A stretch of 64,000 bases of DNA. Source: the human T2T-CHM13v2.0 reference genome, Homo sapiens. The stretch lies in NCBI RefSeq assembly GCF_009914755.1, contig NC_060942.1; one strand, 5' to 3'. Positions within the stretch are counted from its first letter, which is position 1. Each line of letters begins with the position of its first letter. Below are positions 1 through 10,869 of this stretch, one piece after another. Under the pieces are notes generated by a model. The model was not told the DNA's origin. It worked only from the letters and a program-made list of their open reading frames with translations, and ran no database searches. The translations under genes were made by a program, and so were the position numbers.

Positions 1-1019
1 ATATGTTTTCCAAACTTTGAGATTTCTCTTCTTCCTTGGGAACACCAATTATTCTTAGGTTTGGATGTTTAACATAGTCTCAGACTTCATGGAGGCTTTG
101 TTTGTTTTGATAAATTCTTTCCTCTTTGTCTTGGGTTGGGTTAATTCAAAAGCCTTGTCTTCGAGCTCTGAAGTTTTCTTCTGCTTGTTCAGTTTGATTG
201 CTAAGACTTTCCATTGCATTTTGCATTTCTCTAAGTGTGTCCTTGATTTCCAGAACTTGTGATTGTTTTTTATTTATGCTATCTGTTTCACTGATGAATT
301 TTCCTTTCGTATCCTGTATCATGTTTTTGATTATCTTAAGTTGGACTTCACCCTCTGGTGCCTCCTTAATTAGCTTAATAATCGACCTTCTGAATTCTTT
401 TTCTGGCAATTAAGAGATTTAGTCTTGGTTTGGATCCACTGCTGGTGAGTTGGTATGATGTTTTGGGGGTGGTAAAAAAAAACAAAAAACAAAAAAACAA
501 AAAACAAAACAAAATAAACCCTTGTTTTTTCATATTACTAGAATTGTTTTTCTGGTTCCTTCTCATTTGGGTAGACTATGTTAGAGGGAAGATCTGGGAT
601 TCAGGGCTGCTGTTCAGATTCTTTTGTCCCATGAAGTGCTCCCTTGATGTGGTGCTCTCTTGCTTCCCCTAGAAATGGACTTCCTGAGAGCCAAACTGTA
701 GTGATTGTTTTTTTCTCTTCTGGGTCTAGCCACCCAGCAGAGCTACCAGGATCCAGGCTAGTACTGGGGAATGTCTGCAAAGAGTCCTGTGATGTGATCC
801 AATTTCAGGTCCTGCAGCTGTGGATGCCAGTACCTGCTCTGGTGGAGGTAAGAGGGGAGTGAAGTGGACTCCATGAGGGTCTTTGGTTGTGTTTTTGTTT
901 AGTGCACTGGTTTTGTGTTGGTTGGCCTCCAGCCAGGAGGTGGCACTTTCAAGAGTACATCAGCTGTGGCCCTATAAGGAGGTTGCAAACTTGCCCTTGG
1001 GACACCTGGTTAAGTATTC
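1..1019 (-). mobile_element. LINE-1 fragment (part of 5'UTR and start of ORF1), old primate subfamily (L1PB/L1PA15-16-like); runs off the left edge
   Basis: Minus-strand ORFs 375-566 (MRRNQKNNSSNMKKQG) and 146-409 (PEKEFRRSIIKLIKEAPEGEVQL) read as degenerate L1 ORF1p; an A-rich expansion at ~474-517 interrupts it. Confidence 0.8.
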
Positions 1020-1020
1020 T

Positions 1021-1461
1021 ATTTTTTTGTTTTTTTAATTCTTCGGCTAAGGCAGCAGCAGAAGTGATTTATTGTATGATTGTTACACTCGTCCACAAGT
1101 GAATACAGAAGTAGTACAGAATGTCACAGTTCCAGGGCAAAGGACCAAGATGGACAGTTTTGATTATGAGCAAGGTGGGTCTCAGAGGTGGTCTCAGCGA
1201 TCAGATGGCAATGAAAGTTCTAGATCCATTGAGACAAGCTCTAGACAGTAGCATGCAGTCCAACAACTTGTGCCAGCATCCCCAGCCTCTGGCACTTCAT
1301 GTTTCTGCTGCTGTGGCCTCCGCGGGTGCACAAGCTAGCAGTTTACTTGGGCCTCTGCCTCACCTTTCTTCTTTTGCGTTTCAGCCTGCGCATTCACTTC
1401 TTTCTCTGCTTGGCTCTCATGGTGCAGAAGTTTCCAAGAAGATGGCGCTAAGGCCGAGAGA
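1021..1461 (-). pseudogene. RPL41 processed pseudogene
   Basis: Minus strand 1420-1343 translates [24 protein letters not shown] (RPL41 is [25 protein letters not shown]). It is intronless, with a pyrimidine-rich 5' leader from ~1461, 3'UTR, AATAAA near 1068-1073 and a poly(A) remnant at ~1022-1036. Premature TGA at codon 9. Confidence 0.95.
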
Positions 1462-1699
1462 GCAAAAGTTGTTTTTGAAGTCAGACAGACCTGAATTTAA
1501 TTCTGAACTCTACCACTTAATAACTGTGACATGGACCAGGCAACTGAGGATGGCTGATTATTATAACTTATTGTTATTATAAGTTATTATTATTATAACT
1601 TGTTTATCCCATATTAGTGAAAGACTTAGTAGACAATTGTTCATATATATAAACTCATGATACACATAAAGAAACATGCCATTATGAGAGTCATCAGAA

Positions 1700-3800
1700 A
1701 CAACAGATATTGATTCTCAAGGATTCAGAATTATCACATACAGAATATAAAATATCTGTGAAAAGTTTAATAAAATGAAAAAATAAATGAGCAAGAGACA
1801 TAGGATTAACAAAATAGACTTACTTTAAAAATAACTACATAAGCTTCTAGAAATAAAAGACATAACTATTGAAATTAAGAATGCAATCGATAGGTTATGC
1901 AGCAAACTTAAAGCAACTGTAGATAATATAACTGAAATGAAAGATAGCTCAAATAATTTACCCAGAAGTAGCAGAGAGATAAGGATCTAGTAACTGTAGG
2001 AGATTAAGAGAAAGACAGACTGGAATAATAATAAGATCTAATGTACTGCTAATATGAGCTTCAGCCAGAGAAAATAGAAAGAATGAAAGAGAAGCTATGT
2101 TTGAAGACATAACAGCTGGGATATTTTCAGAAGCAAAGTCATAAACCCACAGATACAGGAAACACAAATGTATTAAACAAGCTAAATACAAATATATCCT
2201 CTCCTAGACAGTTTGTAGTGAAACCGTAGCCCCAAAGGCAAGGAAAATATTTTTTTACAGGCAAGGGGATAAAACAATTAGACTAATAGTTCAACAAGCT
2301 GATTCTAAAATGTATATAGAAGAACAAAGACCTGAGAATAGCCAAGACACTCCTGAAGAAGATAAATAAGACAGAAGAAGACTGTTCTTCTTAAATTATC
2401 ATAAAGCTCTATAAATTAAGACAACTTGGTATTTATGGAAATACAAGCAAATAAATAGAACAGAATAGAAACCTCAGAATCACACATACATAGAAACTTG
2501 ATATATGAGAAAGATGGCATAGCAAACCCGTGAGTAAAGAAGAGACTACTTAATAAGTATTCTTGGAACAAATGTTCAGTCACAAGGAAAAACTAATTGG
2601 GTGGGGCATAGTGGCTTATGCTTGTAATCCCAACACTTTGGAAGACAAAGGTGGGAGGAATACTTGAGCCCAGGAATTCAAGACCAGCCATGGAAACATA
2701 GTGAGACCCCTGTCTCTGCAAATGAAAAAATTATCTGGATGTGGTAGCACATGCTTGTATTCCCAGCTACTTGGGAGTCTGAGGTGGGAGGATCGTTTGA
2801 GCCTGAGAGGTCAAGGCTGCAGTAAGCCATGGTCACACCATTGCCCTCCAGCCTAGGGAACAGAGTGAGACCTTGTGTCCAAAAATAAATAAATAAGAAG
2901 AAAGACAAAATAATTGGATCTGATCTCACAAAATGTTAATTCCAAGACTTAAAATAAAAAGGCAAGACTTTAAAGCTTTAAAAAAGAAGTGCAGAATTTT
3001 TTTTTTACTTTGAGGTTGGAAGAGTTTAAAGCCACTTTAAAAATGTTAAACACAAGAGAAGATAGATAAATTCAACTAAATCAAAGTAATTTCTACTCAT
3101 TAAAAGATATAAAAACAAATTATAAAGGAAAGCCACAATCTTGGAGATATTCAATCCACATAACTGACAAAAGTTTCATGTCCAAGATATGTCCAAGAAC
3201 TCTTGCAAATTGATTAGGGGGAAAAACACCTCCATGAAACAGATAAAATGCATGAACAAGCATGGCACAGAACAAGCAGTACCTGAAGACATATGAAAAG
3301 ATGCTCAGCCACACTAATAATCAAGAAAGTACAAATTAAAACAACTCATTAGCTATAGCTTTACTCCTACTACATTGGCAAATTTAAGAGTTCTGAAAGT
3401 ACCAAGTGTTGGTAAAAGTATAAACTTTTTAAAATATTGTATTTTAAACAACTACAATAGTAGAAACAACTATTTTAGAAAACACTGTAGCATCACCACA
3501 TGCCCTCTAACCCAGCAATTCCACTCCTAAATATATGCCCTACAAATATTCTTAACATGTGCACCAGAAGACATATAAAGAATAATCATATAATTGTAAT
3601 AGCAAAAGGTTAGAGACAGTCCAAACATCAGGAAAATCGGCACATAAACTATGGTATATTCATAGTAGTATATTATGTATCAACAAGAAGAAATGAACTA
3701 ATACTACATGGCACAACTTGGAGGAATGATAGAAACAATCTTGAATTAGTGAAGCAAGTTGCAGAAATCTGAAAGTCATACTAATTGTATAAATCTCAGA
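1700..3800 (+). mobile_element. Ancient L1M/L1ME fragments (ORF1-like, ORF2 3' part and 3'UTR), interrupted by an Alu
   Basis: A-rich degenerate L1 motifs such as agaatagccaagacactcctgaagaag, aacagaatagaaacctcagaa and acccagcaattccactcctaaatatatgccc. Confidence 0.65.
2598..2906 (+). mobile_element. AluJ-type SINE
   Basis: Dimeric Alu with diverged J-type sequence and A-rich tail; imperfect TSD aaaa(c)taattgg on both sides. Confidence 0.9.
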
Positions 3801-5019
3801 AACAAGCAACATTAAGCACACATATATGTGTGTGCACTATACTTATATGTAAACCATACTTTTAAAAGTATGTAGATATATAGATCTTGATCGATAGATA
3901 TAAAACTACACTTAAAAAATAAAACAGGTATGATAATGATTAACCCAAATCTCAGGTTAGTGGTTAACTCTGTAAAGATGGGATAGGGGAATAACAGTAA
4001 ATTCAACAATCTAGGTCTTCATATGGGCCATAGATTCAGGAGTGTTTGCTTTGTTTCATTACTTAAAAACAGACATTGCATACCTATTGAAGATCTGTCA
4101 TATATCTGGCCACGTTGTTTTAAAATTTTATTTTCTAATATATACCTACAAAAGAATATATGTAGCTATCATTAGTCAGTGGTAGGCACATCCTGAGTGT
4201 TTTGAGCATGACTGCCTAGTCTCGTTATTTGCTTCATAAATTTCATGTAAATTATAAAGGACAAAGTAAGAGTTCATTTTGGCTTTGCAACTTTAAATGG
4301 CATTTTGATACTACCTTTAGCTCCAGATAAATTCCATAAATTATACTGACTCGGTAGATGGCTTTCCTTTTTTAGAAGAGTTGAATATAATGACATGTTC
4401 CTTTTCCCTCAGCAAAGAAAATAACGTCTAGCTATAAAGGAATAGGCATATACTACATGTTCTTCAGATCGAGCCTCAGATCTGAAACGCAGTCTTACTT
4501 AACCTCTGCATGCATCCTTCCTTCCGTTTAAGCATTTGTTAAAAAATGGAAAGCATTTCTATTTTCTTAACTTTTTCTTTCATTTAATGTCTTTTTTAAT
4601 TTAGAGTTTATTTGAGCATCCAGTGATTCATGAATCAGTCAGCACTAGACCACAAGCAGTTCAGTGCTCCACTGTGGAGGCAAAAAGGGAAAACTTTTGT
4701 AAGATGTTTGCAGACACAAAACAAATAAAAATATTTGGTTAAATTGGGAAGTCCCTAGTGAGAAGTTGGTTGACAGTTTCTAGTTGGTTAAGCTTAAGTT
4801 TTGTTTTCTGGATTTAACGTCTTGTTTCTATAATTATAAAATGAATACAGTCACTTCAGAAACCTAGAAATGTATAAAGTAAAAATTTTCCACAATACTC
4901 CACCCAAAGATAACTTTTTTGAGTATGAATTTGTTCTTCCTCAAAATACGCGTTTTAAACAATTGATATCAAAATGCATCTTGTTTATTTGGCTTTTGAA
5001 ACTGTTATAACACAACTTA

Positions 5020-6300
5020 TAACATTGGAAATACATTATTTTATTAATACAAAGTAGTTTTCATAGTAAAATACCAAATTAATTAAAAGGCAGAATGAAA
5101 CGTACCATATACATGTAGACGACAAATGAAAACTGTCAAAGTATCCTTCTCTCTAAAAAGCCACAAATTACATTCTTTGAAGTAAGTATTGGGTTTTATT
5201 TCCTAAACTATACACATCAATATCACCTCCTGAAGCTTTTTACCCAGTTTCACGGTTGGTATTTCGGACATGCAATGTTCCATGCTGTCAAACTGGGAAT
5301 GCCTCGTTTGGATACAGGGAGACAAAGACTTGGAGACCCAGAAGCCTGAAAGTGGTTCTTGACCGACTTTGTCCACTCAAATTAAGGCATCATGCAGCTG
5401 GTCATCAGTTACATTGCTGGTTGCACGCAGGCACACACACACCAGTGCTCACAGCCAGCACTTGTTAAGAATGGTTGAGCTGGACCAAATGGTATACGTG
5501 TCTTTCATCAATATAAACATGGACTGCATTCATCTGGACACGGGCCTTTCCCGCCTACCGAGCCTGCCCACCACCCGAAGTTTAAGCTCATCTTGGAGGA
5601 CCTGACACTCAGGAAGCCGTCTCCCGTTGTTCCACCGGCTTTGTGGCCCCAATGTCTGTATAAGCTGCTGATTTGCCTTGGGAAAACAAACCAGCATCGA
5701 TTTCAGAGAAATTACTGGATAGTTTGCGCTGTGAGGCGCCTAGATCGCAAGGCGCACTCCGCAAATGACAGCCGCTCCCGTGCACTTGTCCAGTCATTCG
5801 GGTGGCATACTGTCCGGGTGGAAGCCCGCCAAAATAATCCATTTGGAAGGCACGGAGGGCTTCGTCAGAAATTGCCTTCTTGTAGCTATGAGACATTGAG
5901 CAAAACAGATAAGAACTGGGGCAATGGAGGCATAAACATTAAGGCTAGGATGTATTTTTGGGGAGAAAGCGGCGGCTAGCAGGGACGAAGCTCAACTTCA
6001 TGCGCCGCGCCCCGGAATGCTTTGCCTTTAGCCACTAGCGGAGCCGCCCGGCTGAGGGAGCCCTCCGGAAGTGAGCGCACGCAACCGTGCAGTCAGATTC
6101 CTCCGCCGACCGTGGCCCTCTCTCCTCGGGCTTTGCCTTCGCTCTCTAGCTTTTCTTCTTTCACTCCCGCTCGCCGACTCCAGCCCGCTGGGCTCACGCT
6201 CTGCCGGACACCAATCCCGGCGGCCCTGCCCGACGGAGCTCAAGGCTAGGCCTGGCCTTGTCCGCGGAGTCCGCCCCTCGCCGCCACCGGGATCCGCCCC
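5020..6300 (-). ncRNA. LINC00526: Probable divergent lncRNA from the CpG island (LINC00526/C18orf18); contains a 95-codon ATG ORF at 5896-5609
   Basis: Lies upstream-antisense of the CpG island. The ORF MSHSYKKAISDEALRAFQMDYFGG matches my recollection of the putative C18orf18 product. Minus-strand AATAAA at 5045-5040 and 4989-4984. Boundaries approximate. Confidence 0.55.
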
Positions 6301-7100
6301 CGCGCCGACACGCACTTCCGGCAGCGCCGCGGCCGGGAGGGACCGAGCGGGGAGCAAGGCCTGCGGGGAGGCGCAGGATGGACGCGTTGGCTGTCATGAT
6401 GTAGGACCTCCTGACCTAGAACCATGCCCGGCGCAGGGAGAACAACGAGCTTATGGACCGGGTGCGGGGGCTGCTGTGCGAGAAAGCCTACCTGCTGGCC
6501 CGGGAGCGTTCGCCGGCCCACCTGGTGGCTTTCCCTGGACGTTTAACGGCGACTCCGCCCGGCCTCCCGACTTTTTGATGCAGGCGTTCTCTTACATGAC
6601 TTTCTTCGAGGCTAGATTCTCGAAAGACATCCTGAAGGTGGCTTTCTTAATTAGCTGACTCACCGGCTGGCGGAGCAGTTCGTAGTCCCCTACATCGAGA
6701 GGGAGAGCCCCGTCCTGGCTCAGTACTGGGGCTTCGTGGACGCGCTGTAGCGGGTCTTCGCCGTCGTGGGTAGGAAACAGTCGGGCCGGATCCCCGGTGT
6801 CTGGGGAGCGGCTGCCGGCCGGGCCCGCGCGAGCCGCTTCACTCCTACAAGCCCGGCTCACTAGTTCCAAGCTGCTGGACTTTGACCCTCGCTGGGAAGC
6901 TTGATCGCCGCCTGTTCTCGCCAATCTCTATGCCTTTGCACTGCCCAGCAACCCGGTCACTGCCCAGGACCTGTTAAAAGTTGAATGGACCTCCCAGAAT
7001 CACGCCGCTGCCACCGCCGTTTCTAGAGACGGCTTTTGGCCACCTTTGAGAATCAGGGTCAAACTTGGAAGGGCCTGCATTTGTCACACTTCCTCGGACA
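5950..7100. promoter_or_regulatory. CpG island / bidirectional promoter
   Basis: High GC and CpG density; oppositely oriented ETS/GABP motifs CCGGAAGTG (6065-6073) and CACTTCCGG (6313-6321); GC boxes CCGCCCC at 6271 and 6294; no TATA box evident. Confidence 0.85.
6378..6762 (+). pseudogene. Disrupted LDOC1/RTL8-like (sushi-ichi Ty3/gypsy Gag-derived, RTL/SIRH family) gene
   Basis: Reconstruction across 2 frameshifts: MDALAVMM*DLLT*NHARRRENNELMDRVRGLLCEKAYLLARERSPAHLVAFP/TFNGDSARPPDFLMQAFSYMTFFEARFSKDILKVAFLIS*LTG/LAEQFVVPYIERESPVLAQYWGFVDAL*RVFA. It is colinear with LDOC1 motifs ENSQLMEQLRLLVCERASLL, FPETFNGESSRLPEF and KVAFLISLLTGEAEEWVVPYIE as recalled. Confidence 0.9.
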
Positions 7101-8499
7101 CTAATTTGGATAGTTCAGGCCCAGAGACGGCTTCCCGGGTTAGTGTGCCTGACAACACTGAAGAAAAATTGTGACATTTTCCTTCCCCAGAATTACTTCG
7201 TTTTATACATTTCACTTCTCTTCTGAAATCACAGCAATGCCAGTTTGCGCCTTTTGGTCTGAGGAACGCAGGCCCTGGCCACTACCAGGAAAAAGTATTT
7301 ACTTTTAAAACTTGAATGTATATCTTTACCGTATGCCTAGTACAGTAGTGCTTGGAAGAAACAGATTAGTAAGACAAAATATATGTCTTCAAGAACACTT
7401 ACGTTCTGAGAAAGAATTCTGAATGCAGATTCTAATGTCTGGTAAAATGCTTTACAGTGTAAAGAATGCATATATGATTCTTATTTTATGGCATTTTAAA
7501 CTTTCCACCCCACGGTTTTAAAGTGTTAATATATGTTAAAAATATATGCAATTTATAAAGGAGAGGGAAAGCCCAGCTTGATTTTTGCTGCCAAAGATGG
7601 TATATTTAAAATTAAACGTAACTAATGGCAAAAAATAATGGGAATGGTGCAGTCTTTGAGCTGTATCCAGTTGGCATTATTCTCTTGGACTAAAAGGAAT
7701 AGTATTAACTTCCTCACTTTGGGTAAGCCACTTTAGATTTTTGGGCTGCAGTTTTCTCAGGTAATTAGAGACTTTATATTATGAAAGTTTGGTTCACAAT
7801 TCTTTGAGTCTCTTTTGGGAACAAAGAAGGTAAGAGGAGGATATGTGCCCTCCTCTCAATCAAGGGGTTTCTTGAAACCCTCTAAGGAGAAAAATCTGAA
7901 ACTGCCTTTCCTAAAACGTTCATGGGTTTGTCATTCTGATGATCAATATCGTCCCACTGAATTATCTTTTTGAATTCCTAGTTAGGAATCTTTATGTTAA
8001 GATAAACTGATCACTCTCTCCTTCGTGGACAGTTTATCTACCTAAAGATGATAGGGGAAAACACTGTTTTTGAAAGACGAAATAAAGACATGTTGTAGCA
8101 GTTATTTTATTGCCAGTTAGTATTACAAAAGTTCCTAAGGAACTCCCCATTAACTTGGCCTCATATGAACTACGCTTGAGTCCCGTTTTAAATTGAGTCT
8201 TGATCGTATTTACTGACAGTTTCAAAGCAGCGTTTTTTTTTTTCCTCCATAGTAAAAAACCTACAGGATACCACCACCAAAGGAAAAAACAAGTTTTTTT
8301 CAGTAAACCTCACAAGAGCATACATTTGATAGAATACACGGATTTTCTAATGAAAGCTCACCGTCACCATTTTATAAGTCAGAACATGAAAGTCAAAATA
8401 TCTCATACAGATGTCTTTTTTTTTTGAGAAGGTACACAAGGCTTGCTTGTAGAGATGGAGTTACATGGAGGGACAGAAGGTCACTGGTCAGTGATTTTA

Positions 8500-9475
8500 G
8501 GTTTTTATACTTCTGAAAACAGGTAATTACAGATTCTGATCAGTTTATCATTTTCTTTAGTCTTTTATTTTCTGCTGAATGCTCTCAAGGGAACGGATCC
8601 ATACCTGTTTATCAGGCTCACCTGGAAGAGCCAAGTCATCCACTCAGGTCTTCCTCTGGACCTGCATAATTTCCTCATTTACTAGATTGGGTTTCTTTTA
8701 TGTGTGGGCTTTTAATGCTTGGTATCTCTGGTCTTCCTAATATGTAATGCTTAGCATAATAATTTTAGCCATTATTCATTTTTGTAGTAGGCTTCACTAG
8801 CTTCCTGCTTCTCAAATCCCTTGAAAAGATGAGATTTTTTTTTCGTGGAGTTCACGTCTAGTAAGTTGGTCTTGATTTTTTTTTTCTTTCAGAACCTTCT
8901 GGATTTCAGCTTTGGCAAGCTTCCTCTGTTTCTGAGACACCTCCATCACCTGGGTTACAATCCCATCCATGATTTTCCCCATCTCCAGGCATTTTTCATG
9001 GAAAGCTCCTCATGCTTTTTAATTCCAGTTTATCCATTTGTGTGGCTTTAACCTCCACATCCAGGTCTTTCTGGCTAAACTGCAGTATATCCACAATGGG
9101 GCCAATGGACACATAAGGGAGGCCCTATCACAGGAACACGAACACCCGGAGTCGCTAGAAATCAGATTCCACCGGCTTTGCTTCAGGCCGACTTCCTAAG
9201 GAAGGCATGGTAGCATCACAGATGCTGTTTGTCTCAGTTTCCTGAGAAGCCAATTTCTTAGAGCTGTCATTCAAGAGTGGGTCAAATTTGAGATATAAAA
9301 ACCTTTCTCAAGGTAGACTCTTTGGCCCCTATGCCTAGTATGTCAGCTGGGCCTCTGAAGCTCTCCTCTTTGAAGTCCTGGCAGGCTCTGGCCCCTGTTG
9401 AGAAGGGGAAGCAGTCATGTGAACTCATGTGCTGGAAGAATCCACTCTACCCCTTCCCTGGCTTCTCTGCTGCAA
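8500..9475 (-). pseudogene. TACC3 processed pseudogene (5'-truncated, old; C-terminal TACC coiled-coil region)
   Basis: Minus-strand translation gives, in TACC3 order: EESFRGPADILGIGA, KESTLRK, LYLKFDPLLNDS, AKPVESDF, GPIVDILQFSQKDLD, LEMGKIMD, AKAEIQKVLKEK, DQRYQALKAH, NEEIMQV, KTKENDKLIRIC. No introns; many stops and frameshifts. Confidence 0.92.
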
Positions 9476-9979
9476 TTTTTGTCTTTAAACGTATTTTCAG
9501 GTGATTCCAGTTTGCATACATAATTGAGAAATATAAGATTTGGTCCCCAGTAGAGAGCCAGGTGAACTTAAGAAGGAGTCCATCTAAGAAAATTGCACAA
9601 TTATCTAGTTTCACTTGGGTTTAGCTTTTATGGCTTACTTGATTTAGTAATCAAATGATTTTCAAATGATTTTGATCAGGTGACTCTTCGTAAACTAGAG
9701 AATGAACTTGAGAGCCGAATTAGCACAGTTTAAAAATAATCATTTAGTTTTTGTTCTCTATTATGTAAATTATTGAGGTTTGACTGTCTTGGCTAAACTA
9801 AGGCTCATCTAATATCTTTATTTTTGATATCCTAATTTCTTGCCAATTAATTGAAGGTAACATACTAGCAGACCAGATAACTACTTATGCAAACCTCAGA
9901 TAACCACTAATTTAAACAAAATTAAATCCTTTGCCTTCCCCAGATCCTTTGCACATGGCCTGCTATCAACAATCCTCTA

Positions 9980-10120
9980 CAATGATTCTCAGCATCACCT
10001 AGGGAGCTTATGTAAAATCTCAAATTCCTGGGCCCTATCCCCAGAGTTTCTTATCAAGTAAGTCTGCATTGGGATCTGAGGATTTGCATCTCTAACAAAA
10101 ATTCCTAGGCGATGCTCACA
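9980..10120. mobile_element. MER5A-like hAT DNA transposon relic
   Basis: catcacctagggagctt...attcctgggccctatccccagagtttct...atttgcatctctaacaa motifs. Confidence 0.65.
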
Positions 10121-10127
10121 CTGTTGG

Positions 10128-10600
10128 TGTAAGGGTGAGTACAAATTAGAAATAAAACTATTTAATTCTGCCTGGTGCAAAGGAGAGAGAGAGACTTTTA
10201 CCCTCCACATCCTTTTCTTTGGTCATTTACTTTAGGAAACTTAATTGTAAGCTTTTTCTGTGCCTCTTTGAAATGCCTGTAAATCTTTCCAAAAACTAAA
10301 TTAGGCTTTTGCCAATTTTACAACCTAAGAATGTGAATTCCTCAAGGACCTGGGAGCTATCTCACTGAAATTTAATCATTGAGAAAAATAGTACCCCTAT
10401 CTTTCAGCTTCCTGGAAACATAAGAGCCTAACTTTATTAGGCACCTTGCTCCATTACAAAGCTATCTTCTGTCATAAAGATACAAGAAATTTATTTTTCC
10501 CTTGGACAAAAGCAACTAACTAGCAGAGGGTCACCAAAATTACCAGGTGAATTTAGGGTGAACTCTGTGTGACAAATGGTGCTGCCAAGTTCTCTTGAGT
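10128..10600. mobile_element. ERV LTR fragment (subfamily uncertain)
   Basis: Starts TGTAAGGG; LTR-like composition resembling MER34/MER39-group elements. Confidence 0.4.
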
Positions 10601-10619
10601 ACTATAGAAAGTGCATGAC

Positions 10620-10865
10620 ATGAATTTTTTACTTCATGATGGTGCAAAACCATTGCTTTTCACTTTCAGTATAATATTCAAGAAATTACATATTGAATAT
10701 AAGATATTCAATATCTTATTCTTTATTATAGGCTTTGTGTTATATAATTTTGCCCAACTAACTGTAGGCTAATGTAAGTGTTCTGAACATGTTGAAGGTA
10801 GGTTAGACTAAGCTCTAATGTTCAGTAGGGTAGGTGTATTAAGTGCATTTTCAACTTACGAAATT
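10620..10865. mobile_element. MER6-like Tigger DNA transposon relic
   Basis: ttttgcccaact...ctgtaggctaatgtaagtgttctgaacatgttgaaggtaggttagactaagct...gcattttcaacttacga. Confidence 0.7.
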
Positions 10866-10869
10866 TAAG

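Noticed and set aside
1121-1582. 153-aa plus-strand ORF
   Set aside because: Antisense reading of the RPL41 retrocopy running into MIR-like sequence.
6022-6924. Overlapping ORFs in the first CpG island (195, 110, 109 and 91 aa)
   Set aside because: GC-rich artefacts. Only the last ~40 aa of the 195-aa ORF are meaningful, as one frame of the RTL fossil; the 110-aa ORF is its antisense shadow.
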